Shown: positions 8,119 to 18,472 of the stretch, piece after piece | Layout: each line of letters starts with the position of its first letter | Position numbering within the stretch: the first letter of the stretch is position 1 | NCBI GenBank assembly: GCA_964571255.1 | Contig: CAZNAA010000001.1 | Location: 254,986 to 318,985, forward strand | Length of the DNA stretch: 64,000 nucleotides | From: an uncultured Gammaproteobacteria bacterium | GTDB lineage: Bacteria; Patescibacteriota; Microgenomatia; Levybacterales; UBA12049 | Direction of reading: 5' to 3' | The notes under the pieces: model-generated | The model's input: only the letters and a program-made list of their open reading frames with translations | The model's database searches: none | Told to the model about the DNA's origin: nothing | Made by a program: the position numbers and the translations under genes

Positions 8119-9885
8119 ATGAAGAAACTTTTCTTTTTTGTTTTTATCTTTCTTTTTATCACTTCCCCATTCCCTGTTTTTGCAGAAACGGAATGGACAA
8201 TAACGGATTTTCATAGTGATATTATTGTTCAATCTGACGGGAAAGTATCTATTAAAGAAAAAATCTCAGTAGATTTTAACTCTTTAGAAAAACATGGCAT
8301 TTATCGAGATATTCCTTATGTGTATGAGTCCTCAACGGGAGAAAAAACGTATACAACACTTGATATAGGTGAGGTGATACAAGATAACCAGAGAGCAATG
8401 ATTGAAACATCTAACAATGGTGCTAATTTGCGGATCCGAATTGGCGATCCTGATACTACTATTTCTGGAAAACATACATACCAAATCTCCTACATTGCGA
8501 CTGGAGTTTTACTTTCCCACCCAGATTATGATGAGTTATATTGGAACGTTACAGGACAGGATTGGGAGGCAGATATTGAGAAAGTCAGTACAACTGTTAC
8601 TTTGCCAAAAGAGAAAATAGAAATTATGAATTGTTTTGAAGGATATTCAAAATCTACTCTCATGTGTTCCATTTCACAAACATCTCCAAAAACTGTTTCC
8701 TTTGCTTCGACAAATCCTCTTTATCCTCACCAAGGAATAACGATTGGAGTGGGTTTTACAAAGGGCATAGTTCCTCTTCTTACTGTTTCTCCACCTCGAA
8801 CCATTTTTGATGAAGTACAGACTCTTCCTTCTCTGATTACCCTACTCGTAACCATCCTTACAGGGTGTGGAACTATTTTTTATGTATGGATGAGTAATGG
8901 ACGAGATTTATGGTATAAAACTAGACGAGTTTTTTCTTCAAACATAAAAGAAGAACATCGTCCTTTTTGGGCTTATGAGCCCACTCTTGTGGAGTTTGAA
9001 TCACCTGAGAAGCTACCTCCTGCTATTTTAGGAGTAGTAATGGATGAGAAAGCAGATACTCTTGATGTAACAGCAACTCTTGTTGATTTAGCAACTCGTG
9101 GATTTATGACTATTACAGAAATTCCTAAAAAATGGTTGTTTGGGACAGTTGATTATGAACTTTCGTTAACTGGAAAGGGATTGGAAAAACTTTACCAATA
9201 TGAAAAGACATTATTGAATAGACTTTTTTCAGGAAATAAAGAAAAAATCCTTGTTTCCTCACTTAAAAAAACCTTTTATGATGATTTGGCAATAGTAAAA
9301 ACACAACTTTACGAAGAAGTTGTTAAGAAAAAACTGTTTTCTACTCATCCTGAAACGACACGACACATCTATATTGGATCATCTATTATTATCAGTATAC
9401 TAGGTGGAGGAATAATTAAATTTGCCTTTGAGTATCTATCTGGGCCTGGGGTGATGTTTGGTATAGGAGTCATTATTAGTGGAATTATTCTTCTTTTCTC
9501 ATCTCGAAGTATGCCAAGACGGAGTGCATATGGACGAGATGTTTATCTTCGAGCTAAAGGATATCGTCTGTTTATTAGTGGAGCTGAAAAATATCGTCAA
9601 CAATTTTTTGAAAAGAAAAATATATTTAATGAAGTTCTCCCTTATGCCATTATTTTTGGACTAACTGAAAAATTTGCTCAGAGTATGAAGGAGATGGGAC
9701 TTAAACCGTCCTCCCCTTCCTGGTATTCCGGAACTAGAGTCTTTGTTCCTTCTTATTTTGTTTCTGATGTGAATTCTTTCTCAAAATCTCTCTCCAGTGC
9801 TATTGCCTCAACTCCTTCAAGTAGCGGCTCTAGTGGTGGATCAAGTGGAGGAGGATTTGGTGGAGGCGGTGGAGGAAGTTGGTAA
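8119..9885 (+). CDS. DUF2207 family membrane protein with Gly-rich C-terminus
   Basis: Signal peptide, beta-rich N-domain, two TM segments, C-terminal SSGSSGGSSGGGFGGGGGGSW tail characteristic of DUF2207. Confidence 0.65.
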   Translation: MKKLFFFVFIFLFITSPFPVFAETEWTITDFHSDIIVQSDGKVSIKEKISVDFNSLEKHGIYRDIPYVYESSTGEKTYTTLDIGEVIQDNQRAMIETSNNGANLRIRIGDPDTTISGKHTYQISYIATGVLLSHPDYDELYWNVTGQDWEADIEKVSTTVTLPKEKIEIMNCFEGYSKSTLMCSISQTSPKTVSFASTNPLYPHQGITIGVGFTKGIVPLLTVSPPRTIFDEVQTLPSLITLLVTILTGCGTIFYVWMSNGRDLWYKTRRVFSSNIKEEHRPFWAYEPTLVEFESPEKLPPAILGVVMDEKADTLDVTATLVDLATRGFMTITEIPKKWLFGTVDYELSLTGKGLEKLYQYEKTLLNRLFSGNKEKILVSSLKKTFYDDLAIVKTQLYEEVVKKKLFSTHPETTRHIYIGSSIIISILGGGIIKFAFEYLSGPGVMFGIGVIISGIILLFSSRSMPRRSAYGRDVYLRAKGYRLFISGAEKYRQQFFEKKNIFNEVLPYAIIFGLTEKFAQSMKEMGLKPSSPSWYSGTRVFVPSYFVSDVNSFSKSLSSAIASTPSSSGSSGGSSGGGFGGGGGGSW

Positions 9886-9934
9886 TGAGTTACTTTTTTC
9901 TCCTTTACTCACATATTGAGTATAAAGGGGTAAT

Positions 9935-10381
9935 TTAGGAACTAAGGAGATTTTCTTCTTCAAGAAGTTTTTTGATACTTTCTAAAACCATTTGCCAGTT
10001 TTTCTCAGAATGCTCTTTGGCTTCTTCGTTAAGATTATTGTCCTGGGTAATGGTAAGCGTGATACTCTCTCCATCTGGCTCAATCTCGTAGGTGACAGTA
10101 GCATAATTTTCTGGCTTATCTTCTGTACCTGACATACTGCTCCAATAAGTTGATTTAAGAAGTTTTTCTGGAATTACTTGAAGAATAGTCCCTTTATCTT
10201 CATAGGTTTTTCCTTCCCATTCTCCAGTATAGGTAATAGGACTTCCCTCTTCCCATGTAGTAGTGACTGTTGTTCCAAAGAGATATTTTTTAATTAATTC
10301 AGGATCAGTGAGTGCCTTCCATACTTCTGAAGGTGAAGCATCAATAGAAATGGTTGCTTGAGCGGTTAAATTATTTTCCAT
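9935..10381 (-). CDS. SRPBCC/AHSA1 (activator of Hsp90 ATPase homolog-like) domain protein
   Basis: ISIDASPSEVWKALTDPELIKKYLFG... typical AHSA1/SRPBCC start; 148 aa. Confidence 0.6.
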   Translation of the reverse strand: MENNLTAQATISIDASPSEVWKALTDPELIKKYLFGTTVTTTWEEGSPITYTGEWEGKTYEDKGTILQVIPEKLLKSTYWSSMSGTEDKPENYATVTYEIEPDGESITLTITQDNNLNEEAKEHSEKNWQMVLESIKKLLEEENLLSS

Positions 10382-10496
10382 ATTCTTATTTTATTTTCTC
10401 ATAAAGGAAATGTAAATATGCAAGAAAGGTGTATGATTATCGTTAAATAAATTTCTCTAGTGACAATAGTGATTATAACGTTTACTATAAGTAAAG

Positions 10497-11849
10497 ATGA
10501 AAACAGTATCCTTTCATGGGGCAAGTGGTGGTGAAGTTACCGGATCCAATTATGTAGTTACTGCACAAGATGATAATCAAGTACTCGTTGATTTTGGTAT
10601 GTTTCAAGGTTCCGATACCCTTGAAAAACGAAATTATGAACCTCTTCAGTTTAACCCAACAAATCTTCAAGCGGTTTTTTTAACCCATGCGCATCTAGAT
10701 CATAGTGGCAGACTTCCCTTACTTGTTTTTGGTGGATTTAATGGAAAAATCTATATGACTGCACCCAGTAAAGCCTTTATTGAAATTATCCTATCTGATT
10801 CAGCTCGAATTGCTGAAAAGGAGCATCCTGAAAATCCTCTGTATACCCAAAGTGAAGTCTCAAAGGTTCTTTCTATGGTTGAGATTGTTCCCTACAACAA
10901 AGAAATACAGGTGGGAAGTTTTAGTGCAGTATTTAGAGACGCAGGGCATATTTTAGGTTCCTCTAGTATTGAATTAACTGATGTAAGTAGTAATACTCGT
11001 GACACGATTGTTTTTAGTGGAGATTTGGGAAATACCCCTCAATCCATTGTCAAGCCAACCCAATATATTGAAAAGGCAGATTATGTCGTTATGGAATCAA
11101 CCTATGGCGACTCAGCTCACCCAGAGGAAGATGCGATACAAATAATTCAAGAAGAAATAAATACCGTTGAGGAAAAAGGTGGAGTCCTCCTTATTCCCTG
11201 TTTTGCCCTAGAGCGAACGCAAGAACTCCTTCATGTTTTATATCACTTGAAAAAAGAAGGAAAAGTAAAACCAGAAACACTTGTATATCTTGATAGTCCT
11301 ATGGCAACTGATGCCACACTTGTGTATATGGGGTTTAACGAATTTTTTAATGATGAGATTCGAGCTCATACGGATAATCCATACGAGTTCGAAGGACTAC
11401 GGGTAACCTATGAAGCTAAAGACAGTAGGCAAATTCTTAAAGAGACCTTGCCTAAAGTGATTATTGCAGGCTCTGGAATGATGTCAGGAGGACGAATCCT
11501 TCACCATGTCCAGTCATATCTCTCGGATCCTACTACTCGAGTATTATTTGTAGGATATCAAGCTGATGAAACCATGGGGAAAGAAATCTTAGAAGGAGCA
11601 CAGCAAGTGCGATTAAAAGATGTAACAATTCAAGTCAGATCCCACATTAGAGAAATCAAAACTCTGAGTTCTCACGCTGATCAACCTCGTCTTTTAACTT
11701 GGCTTAAAGAGATTAAAGGAGTAAAGAAAGTATTTTTAACTCATGGAGAATTAGCTCAACAAGAAGCACTAGCTGAGAAAATTAAACAAGAAACAGGTAT
11801 TCAAAGTGTTACTCTTCCTGCTCAGAATTCTGAGCATCCACTCTCATAA
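10497..11849 (+). CDS. MBL-fold metallo-hydrolase of the beta-CASP RNA-metabolising family (RNase J/CPSF-like)
   Basis: HxHxDH motif (THAHLDHSG), beta-CASP-like C-terminal region, 450 aa. Confidence 0.75.
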   Translation: MKTVSFHGASGGEVTGSNYVVTAQDDNQVLVDFGMFQGSDTLEKRNYEPLQFNPTNLQAVFLTHAHLDHSGRLPLLVFGGFNGKIYMTAPSKAFIEIILSDSARIAEKEHPENPLYTQSEVSKVLSMVEIVPYNKEIQVGSFSAVFRDAGHILGSSSIELTDVSSNTRDTIVFSGDLGNTPQSIVKPTQYIEKADYVVMESTYGDSAHPEEDAIQIIQEEINTVEEKGGVLLIPCFALERTQELLHVLYHLKKEGKVKPETLVYLDSPMATDATLVYMGFNEFFNDEIRAHTDNPYEFEGLRVTYEAKDSRQILKETLPKVIIAGSGMMSGGRILHHVQSYLSDPTTRVLFVGYQADETMGKEILEGAQQVRLKDVTIQVRSHIREIKTLSSHADQPRLLTWLKEIKGVKKVFLTHGELAQQEALAEKIKQETGIQSVTLPAQNSEHPLS

Positions 11850-11896
11850 ATAGTACTACTCCTCTCTCTTAGAGTACATCAAGTATAATATGTCCT

Positions 11897-12337
11897 ATGA
11901 AGATTGTTCTTCCCTACGTTGAAACTCCTAGCGAAAAGGTTGAGAAAATGATTGTGTTTGCAAACATAAAACCTGGACAAAAAAGTGTAGATTTAGGTTC
12001 AGGTGACGGAAGAGTTGTGATTGCAATGGCAAAATCCGGTGCAATTGCTTATGGATTTGAACATATTGAAAAGTATGTAAGACTATCTAAAGTAAATATA
12101 GTCAAAGAAGGACTAGTGGGAAAAGCATTTATTTCGTTAGCTGATTTTTGGAAAGAAGATTTATCAGAATATGACATTGTTACCATTTACGGTATGGCAG
12201 CACTCATGGATGAATTAGAGAAAAAGTTAAGTACGGAGCTTCGTCCAGGAACGGTAGTTATCTCAAATGGATTCAAGATTCCCCATTGGAAGGAGATAAA
12301 AGAAGATGATCATCTCCACTTCTATATAAAAGCCTAA
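11897..12337 (+). CDS. Small SAM-dependent methyltransferase-like protein
   Basis: Motif I-like VDLGSGDGRVV; 146 aa. Confidence 0.4.
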   Translation: MKIVLPYVETPSEKVEKMIVFANIKPGQKSVDLGSGDGRVVIAMAKSGAIAYGFEHIEKYVRLSKVNIVKEGLVGKAFISLADFWKEDLSEYDIVTIYGMAALMDELEKKLSTELRPGTVVISNGFKIPHWKEIKEDDHLHFYIKA

Positions 12338-12405
12338 TATAACTTTACGTTCAACAAGTAATACTCACTACTATTTCTTATATACGAGGTATATCATATA
12401 TATAG

Positions 12406-13458
12406 ATGAACCTATTAACAGATTCTCCAAGTTCTGAAGAATTAGCTAAAGAAATGAATTTGCGATATGTGTCTGATTCTCAACCAGGATTTTTCAGACA
12501 AAGAAATAAAAAGTCATTTACCTATTATGATCAAGCAGGGGGGAAAATTGATGACCCCAAAATACTCCAAAGAATAGTGGACTTGAAAATACCTCCTGCG
12601 TGGGAAGAAGTATGGGTTTGCCCACTCAGTTTTGGTCACTTACAAGTAACAGGAAGAGATGAAAAAAGAAGAAAACAATATATTTATCACACTCGTTGGT
12701 CTGAAATTGCCAACCAAACGAAGTTTGATAAAATGCTCTATTTTTCAGAAGTACTTCCCAGTATTAGAGACCGAGTAAGTAAAGATATGGGCGTAACTGG
12801 GTTAAAACAAGAAAGAATTTTAGCTACTATTGTTTGGCTTTTGGATAATACCTATATTCGAATAGGAAATGAAGAATATGCACGAAATAATAGTCACTAT
12901 GGTCTTACAACCCTTCGTTCAAAACATGTGGATATTCATGGTCAAACTGTAACATTAGTTTTTACAGGGAAAAGTGGTAAAGACCATAAGATCTCTGTTT
13001 CTCACCCAAAGGTATTGAAAACGATTAAAAAATTAGAAGAGCTTCCAGGATACGAATTATTCCAATATCTCGATGATAGCGGAGAAAAGCACACGATTGA
13101 CTCCCAAGATGTAAATGAATATATAAAAGAGATTGTAAAAGATAATATTACTGCTAAAGAATTTAGAACCTGGGGTGGGACAGTCCTTGCAGGGACAAGT
13201 TTAAGAAAAATCGGAGACTATCAAAATAAAAAAGACCTGAAACACAATTTAACAACAGCAGTTTGTAGTGTTGCAAAGGTTTTAGGCAATACTCCAACAG
13301 TTTGTAGAGGATATTATGTCCATCCAATTATTGTAAAAAGTTATGAAAAAAAGATCCTTATCCCTCATTACGAAAAGCATAATAAATCAAAAATTCGAGG
13401 ATTAGACAGAGACGAATACGCTGTTACTCTCCTCCTAGAAAAACATTCAGTCTTATAG
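12406..13458 (+). CDS. Type IB DNA topoisomerase (poxvirus/bacterial TopIB family)
   Basis: 350 aa; N-domain KIPPAWEEVWVC, catalytic core with RSKH, GKSGKDH, FRTWGGT and the C-terminal active-site Tyr context VCRGYYVHP (S-x-Y-x-HP-like). Confidence 0.75.
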   Translation: MNLLTDSPSSEELAKEMNLRYVSDSQPGFFRQRNKKSFTYYDQAGGKIDDPKILQRIVDLKIPPAWEEVWVCPLSFGHLQVTGRDEKRRKQYIYHTRWSEIANQTKFDKMLYFSEVLPSIRDRVSKDMGVTGLKQERILATIVWLLDNTYIRIGNEEYARNNSHYGLTTLRSKHVDIHGQTVTLVFTGKSGKDHKISVSHPKVLKTIKKLEELPGYELFQYLDDSGEKHTIDSQDVNEYIKEIVKDNITAKEFRTWGGTVLAGTSLRKIGDYQNKKDLKHNLTTAVCSVAKVLGNTPTVCRGYYVHPIIVKSYEKKILIPHYEKHNKSKIRGLDRDEYAVTLLLEKHSVL

Positions 13459-13507
13459 GAAAGTTCGCTCCTTGGGGATTGCAATCTTTGACTATGTTGT
13501 AGCTTTC

Positions 13508-13990
13508 TTATAAGTTTTTTCTTAGTTCCTCTACCTTTAAGTGTGCCTCTTTGGGTGTATTTATGAAATTATTCTTTATATCTTCTAATAACCAATCTCG
13601 TATCTCTAGCGGATATACTAACATATTTCTTAAGTCACTAATTGGGAACCATTGAGGATTATAATAATCGTTTCCTTTTTTCATATCTTCTTTTTCATTT
13701 GCTTCTCCTAACTTGGGTTCACCTGAAAGATAGGAACACAAATAGAAATATTGATTACTTCTTCCCTTATGCGGACTATCATAGTAGTGTGTATAAAGCT
13801 TTTTCTGTATTTTAACTGATACTGTGGTTTCTTCCTCAATTTCTCTTAAAACTGCTTCTTCAACGGTTTCTCTTTCTTCTATTCCTCCGCCAGGAAAAAC
13901 AAAATAATGTTTTCCATTATTTTTTCTTTCCATAAGAAGTACATCATGATCTTTTATTACTATTGCAACTGCTCGTCCTGGATAATTCAT
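13508..13990 (-). CDS. NUDIX hydrolase
   Basis: Nudix box GGGIEERETVEEAVLREIEEETTV. Confidence 0.8.
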   Translation of the reverse strand: MNYPGRAVAIVIKDHDVLLMERKNNGKHYFVFPGGGIEERETVEEAVLREIEEETTVSVKIQKKLYTHYYDSPHKGRSNQYFYLCSYLSGEPKLGEANEKEDMKKGNDYYNPQWFPISDLRNMLVYPLEIRDWLLEDIKNNFINTPKEAHLKVEELRKNL

Positions 13991-14163
13991 GTTTGGAGTA
14001 TACCAAAAGTAGTATTAGATTATTTCTTCCTCCCACTGCTCTCTTTTTCCTTCAGCGGCATTTCGTCTTTTCGCATCTTTATTGTATGCTTCTATTAGCT
14101 GTTGTTTAATTTCCGTAGGTGAAGTATAGCAAATTAAAAAGGGAAAGAATTGATATATTAAGC

Positions 14164-14232
14164 TGCTGAGCCTGGATTCGAACCAGAATAAACGGATTCA
14201 AAGTCCGTTGTCCTACCATTAGACGACTCAGC
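14164..14232 (-). tRNA. tRNA-Gln (anticodon TTG)
   Basis: Reverse complement folds as a cloverleaf: acceptor GCTGAGT/…CTCAGC, anticodon loop CTTTGAA, T-loop GTTCGAATC. Confidence 0.75.
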
Positions 14233-14250
14233 AATGTAAATATACTGTAT

Positions 14251-14325
14251 TGGAGCGGCGAACCGGGATCGGACCGGCGACCTTCTCGTTGGCAACGAGA
14301 CGTTCTACCACTGAACTACCGCCGC
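14251..14325 (-). tRNA. tRNA-Gly (anticodon GCC), CCA encoded
   Basis: Reverse complement GCGGCGGTAGTTCAGTGGTAGAAC...TTGCCAA...GGTTCGATCCC...CGCCGCTCCA. Confidence 0.8.
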
Positions 14326-14381
14326 AGTAGCAGTATTATATCAAATACATACATTAATGAGTATGCTAGTATGATAATAGT

Positions 14382-15005
14382 ATGAGTGATGAAAATAAAA
14401 GTGATAAAGTAATACGGATTCGGCCAGCACAAACACTAGATGCAGTCGAATTTAGTACCCATACTCTCCCTCCATGGAAAAGAGACTTTCGGGGTTTCTC
14501 AGGAACGTTAGGAAATCGAGAAGATAGTGGAAGAAACCCTCTTGAAGTTATTCAAACTGGGATTGAAATGGTGAAATCCATAGTAGCGGAAGTAAGAAGA
14601 CATGATGCAGTTTCAGTTGGAGCGAGACGTTTTGATACACCTGAGACACAAAGACGAATAAAACTCATAAACCGAATATGTTCAGATATCCAAGAAGTTC
14701 AGATAAAAAATCCAACTACCCCTATAGAAAAGTATATCCATATATTAGATATGAAAAGCTTACAAGCTGATTCTGGGTACTCATCTGATGAAATAATGGA
14801 AATAGTTCATTTCTTTATGGTTAAAGAAGGAGAACCAGTCATTGAACCATTTCACGACTTCACGATAGAAACCTACTCTACTATTCTTACTAATGAACTT
14901 CAATTAGAAGAAGTAAGAAAGAAAACGGAAAACGGAGATGAGTTAATCGTAGCTCATCTTGTAGGAAGACTTAGCAAAGAAGCATTTAGAGAACAAAACC
15001 AATAA
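14382..15005 (+). CDS. Hypothetical protein (no recognisable domain), tRNA-adjacent
   Basis: 207-aa ORF with good coding periodicity; slightly higher GC than flanks. Confidence 0.5.
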   Translation: MSDENKSDKVIRIRPAQTLDAVEFSTHTLPPWKRDFRGFSGTLGNREDSGRNPLEVIQTGIEMVKSIVAEVRRHDAVSVGARRFDTPETQRRIKLINRICSDIQEVQIKNPTTPIEKYIHILDMKSLQADSGYSSDEIMEIVHFFMVKEGEPVIEPFHDFTIETYSTILTNELQLEEVRKKTENGDELIVAHLVGRLSKEAFREQNQ

Positions 15006-15045
15006 TCCTCTTGAATATCAATAAAACTAGTATTAGGATGTCTCT

Positions 15046-15603
15046 ATGGGAAGACATGAGGATGGAAAAGATGGAATAGTTGGTGCCATAAGTTTTAAAC
15101 GAGACACTCTTCCCAGAGGATATCTCATTACAGGCGCAGAGTTTAGAAATAATGAACCTGGAGGTGGGCCGTATGGAGAACTTAGTACAGGTGTAATTCG
15201 GGCAATAACTCAAGCAAGAAGAAATAGAGATCAACAGCCCGATATCAAATTAAGAGAAGCTGGAGTAATAGTTGATATCCTTACTGAGGCAGGAGTTACT
15301 TTACTTGGAACAGTGTATAAGATTAACCCTTCAACTCTAGCGGATATTTTTTTCCAATTTGACCTTGCCAATATGGCAACTCAATATACCTCTGATAGAT
15401 TTGCCGTTTCTCCTGCATTTGTGTATCAAACTCTTAACTTAGGGTTTGGAGTAATTGGCAGTAGAAGAGAAAGAGTAGATGGTGTTCAACAAATTATAAC
15501 GTGCGAAACAATTTTGTCACGTCACCTTTTCCTTAAAGCAACCCAAAAAAATAATTATATCCAACAGTTTGGAATATATGGAGCAAATGTTCTAACACGA
15601 TGA
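15046..15603 (+). CDS. Hypothetical protein (no recognisable domain)
   Basis: 185-aa ORF; stop overlaps the UDG start (ATGA). Confidence 0.5.
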   Translation: MGRHEDGKDGIVGAISFKRDTLPRGYLITGAEFRNNEPGGGPYGELSTGVIRAITQARRNRDQQPDIKLREAGVIVDILTEAGVTLLGTVYKINPSTLADIFFQFDLANMATQYTSDRFAVSPAFVYQTLNLGFGVIGSRRERVDGVQQIITCETILSRHLFLKATQKNNYIQQFGIYGANVLTR

Positions 15604-16196
15604 CAAAAACAGATCAACTAAAACAGATTAGAGACGAAGTATTAAACCTGACTACCTCTCCTCTTTATACATATCGAAAAGAAAATAAATACTATCCCGT
15701 GATTGGTGAAGGAAATCATGATGCAGAAATTATCTTTATTGGAGAAGCACCGGGTGAAAATGAAGCTAAAACTGCTCGACCTTTTTGTGGAGCTGCAGGG
15801 AAAGTTCTAGACGAACTCCTGGCTTCAATTAATCTGGAAAGAAAAGCAGTGTATGTAACAAATATTGTAAAAGATAGACCACCAGGAAATAGAGATCCTC
15901 TTCCATCAGAAATTGCACTCTACTCCCCTTTTCTTCTTAGACAAATTACTATTATTAAACCTAAAGTTATAGCAACTCTTGGACGATTTTCTATGCAGTG
16001 GATTTTAGAAACGTTTCACTCCCCTCTCTCGTCAGGTAGTATCTCTCAGCTTCATGGACAATTGCTTCCTATAACGACTGAGTATGGAGAGGCTGTAGTT
16101 ATTCCTCTGTATCATCCGGCTGTTGCTTTGTATAAAGCAGCAAGTAAAGAAACTCTCATGCAGGATTTTCAGGTTTTAAAGAACTTTGTGAAGTAG
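15600..16196 (+). CDS. Uracil-DNA glycosylase, family 4
   Basis: GEGNHDAEIIFIGEAPGENE...PFCGAAG (family-4 motif A, Fe-S Cys), HPA motif near C-terminus. Confidence 0.85.
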   Translation: MTKTDQLKQIRDEVLNLTTSPLYTYRKENKYYPVIGEGNHDAEIIFIGEAPGENEAKTARPFCGAAGKVLDELLASINLERKAVYVTNIVKDRPPGNRDPLPSEIALYSPFLLRQITIIKPKVIATLGRFSMQWILETFHSPLSSGSISQLHGQLLPITTEYGEAVVIPLYHPAVALYKAASKETLMQDFQVLKNFVK

Positions 16197-17879
16197 TTAT
16201 TTTCTTTTAAACAGTCTATATAACTCCTGAAGAGAAAGAAGAATTTTTGTTGGTCGTCCATGAGGACAAGTTGCATTATTGGGGCTATTTTCAAGTTGAG
16301 TTAATAAGTCCTTCATCTGAATGTCTGATAGAAAATCTCCTGCTTTAATCGCTGCTTTACAAGACAGAAAACAAAGCATGGATTCAATTTGTTTATCTTT
16401 TGATGCTACTCCTACCTCTCTTATTTGGTCTAAAATCTCATGAATTGTGTCTTCATGGTTAAACTCCAGAAAAAATGTGGGAACTGAAGTAATAAGAAGT
16501 GTCTTCTCATGAAACTCTTCAATACCATACCCTACTTCTTTAATAATTTCCCTAGCTTCTTCAAAAAGATGAAATTCACTTAGAGACATCTCAAGTGAGA
16601 TTGGTGTAGAAAGAAGAGTTGTTTTCTTTTCTTTTTTCCTTGCTTCTAATCGTTTCTTAAACTTTTCATAAAGAACTCGTTCATGAGCTGCATGTTGATC
16701 AATAAGAAGAATTCCCTGTTTTGTTTGGGTTACCAAAAAAACTCGGTGAAGTTGAATAATTGAATCAGATAAACTCTCTCCCAATACGTCTTCTCTTTCT
16801 AAAAAAACCTCTTCCTTTAGTTCTTGTCCTGTAGAACTTTTCGTAATAATTTGATTTTTTCCATCAGTCTTCCAAGTAAGTGAAGAAAAAGTAAGATTTT
16901 GATTAGCAAGCTCTGTTTTTACTTCTTTTTCCAGTATCGAATAAAGAGAAACTGGGTCATGAAAAGCAAGGTGTTCCTTTCTAGGGTGGATATTCACGTC
17001 AATCATTTCAGGAGGAATAGACAGATGAAGAATATAAAAAGGAAACTGAGTTTTTTCAATAAGAGTTCGATAGGCTTCCTTTATCGAGGCAAGGATTAAT
17101 TTATCTTGCACTAATCGATTATTAATAAAAAGATATTCCTTAGAAGTAGTTGTAGCAATTTGTGGCTTTCCTAATCTCCCTTGTCCTTTGATATAGGAAT
17201 CTTCAAAGATAAAAGAAAATGTTTGAGAAAATACTTTTTTTCCAATAACATTTTCAACTCGCTCTTCGTAAGAAGAAGGTGAAAGATCAAGAAGAGTCTT
17301 TCCATTATGACTTAAGAAAAATCTTTTTTGAGGAAAGCAAACTGCGTAGGAGCTAATCATCTCGACAATGAGGCGTAGTTCTGATGCAATGGATCTAAGA
17401 AACTTCTTTCGAGCTGGAATAGTATGAAAAAGGTTTTTGACAATAAGTTGAGTCCCTTCAGGCATTCCTGTAGGAGTGATCTCTTTAAGAGTTCCATATT
17501 CACTCTCAATCATCCACCCACTACTCTCCCCTTTTTTCCTTGATCGAAGTGTTAAATGACTAATTGATGCGATACTACTGAGTGCTTCACCTCGAAACCC
17601 TAGTGTTTTAATGGAATGAAGAGAGGTAGTGTCTGTTAGTTTACTCGTAGCGTGAGGGTGAAGAGCAAGAAGCAAATCTTTTTTTCCAATTCCTTCTCCA
17701 TTATCAGTTATTTTTATTTCTTTAATCCCTGCATCTTGCAGTTCAATAATGAGATGGGTAGCTAGTGCGTCCAGTGCATTTTCCAGTAGTTCTTTAACCG
17801 CAAATGAAGGACGTTCTATTACCTCCCCTGCTGCAATTTGAGCAATAAGTTCCTGAGGAAGGATATGAATTGTTGGCAT
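16197..17879 (-). CDS. mutL: DNA mismatch repair protein MutL
   Basis: N-terminal GHKL ATPase IHILPQELIAQIAAGEVIERP...ELLENALDA, 560 aa. Confidence 0.9.
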   Translation of the reverse strand: MPTIHILPQELIAQIAAGEVIERPSFAVKELLENALDALATHLIIELQDAGIKEIKITDNGEGIGKKDLLLALHPHATSKLTDTTSLHSIKTLGFRGEALSSIASISHLTLRSRKKGESSGWMIESEYGTLKEITPTGMPEGTQLIVKNLFHTIPARKKFLRSIASELRLIVEMISSYAVCFPQKRFFLSHNGKTLLDLSPSSYEERVENVIGKKVFSQTFSFIFEDSYIKGQGRLGKPQIATTTSKEYLFINNRLVQDKLILASIKEAYRTLIEKTQFPFYILHLSIPPEMIDVNIHPRKEHLAFHDPVSLYSILEKEVKTELANQNLTFSSLTWKTDGKNQIITKSSTGQELKEEVFLEREDVLGESLSDSIIQLHRVFLVTQTKQGILLIDQHAAHERVLYEKFKKRLEARKKEKKTTLLSTPISLEMSLSEFHLFEEAREIIKEVGYGIEEFHEKTLLITSVPTFFLEFNHEDTIHEILDQIREVGVASKDKQIESMLCFLSCKAAIKAGDFLSDIQMKDLLTQLENSPNNATCPHGRPTKILLSLQELYRLFKRK

Positions 17880-17882
17880 AGA

Positions 17883-18467
17883 TTAGTTCAATTGTGTTAT
17901 TGGTAGATGAATATATTCTTGTGCTGCTTTGAAGATCGTTTTATGATCTCCTTTCGTAAACTGACTTAACCATTTTTCTGCATCACGTAATTTACTTTCT
18001 TCCTCTTGTACAACCTTTTCTTGTATTTCTGAGGAGAAAACGAAATCTGTAGCAAGAGTATCAACTTCATATTCAGGACCAAAAACGTATTCTGCGTTTA
18101 GTTTTATCCGATTTGTATGGGGAAATATTCCAATAATAAGTCCTTTCTTCCATTTTCTTGGAAGAAAAAATTGTTCTTTTACATAACAAAGATTTGCAAC
18201 AGTTGTTTGAGAATTTTCTTCAAGCAAGATAGCATTTTGAGGTATTCCTAATGATCTAGCATACTTTGCCATCACTTGTGCTTCAGTACTGGGAGGAGGA
18301 GTAGCATTTAGCCTCCAGGTGTATTTTCCAGAAAAAATGATAAAAGGTGCTTGGGTTTTGTTATATAGTTCTACTCCCTTTTCTATGGTTGATATAGAAC
18401 TTTCAGGAAGCGTATTCTCACTAGTTGTTCCTCTTCCTGGAATAATTATTGTGTCATATGTATTCAT
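17883..18467 (-). CDS. DUF218 (YdcF/ElyC/SanA) family protein
   Basis: IIIPGRG...FIIFSGKYT pattern of the DUF218 family; sits between mutS and mutL. Confidence 0.6.
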   Translation of the reverse strand: MNTYDTIIIPGRGTTSENTLPESSISTIEKGVELYNKTQAPFIIFSGKYTWRLNATPPPSTEAQVMAKYARSLGIPQNAILLEENSQTTVANLCYVKEQFFLPRKWKKGLIIGIFPHTNRIKLNAEYVFGPEYEVDTLATDFVFSSEIQEKVVQEEESKLRDAEKWLSQFTKGDHKTIFKAAQEYIHLPITQLN

Positions 18468-18472
18468 GTATG

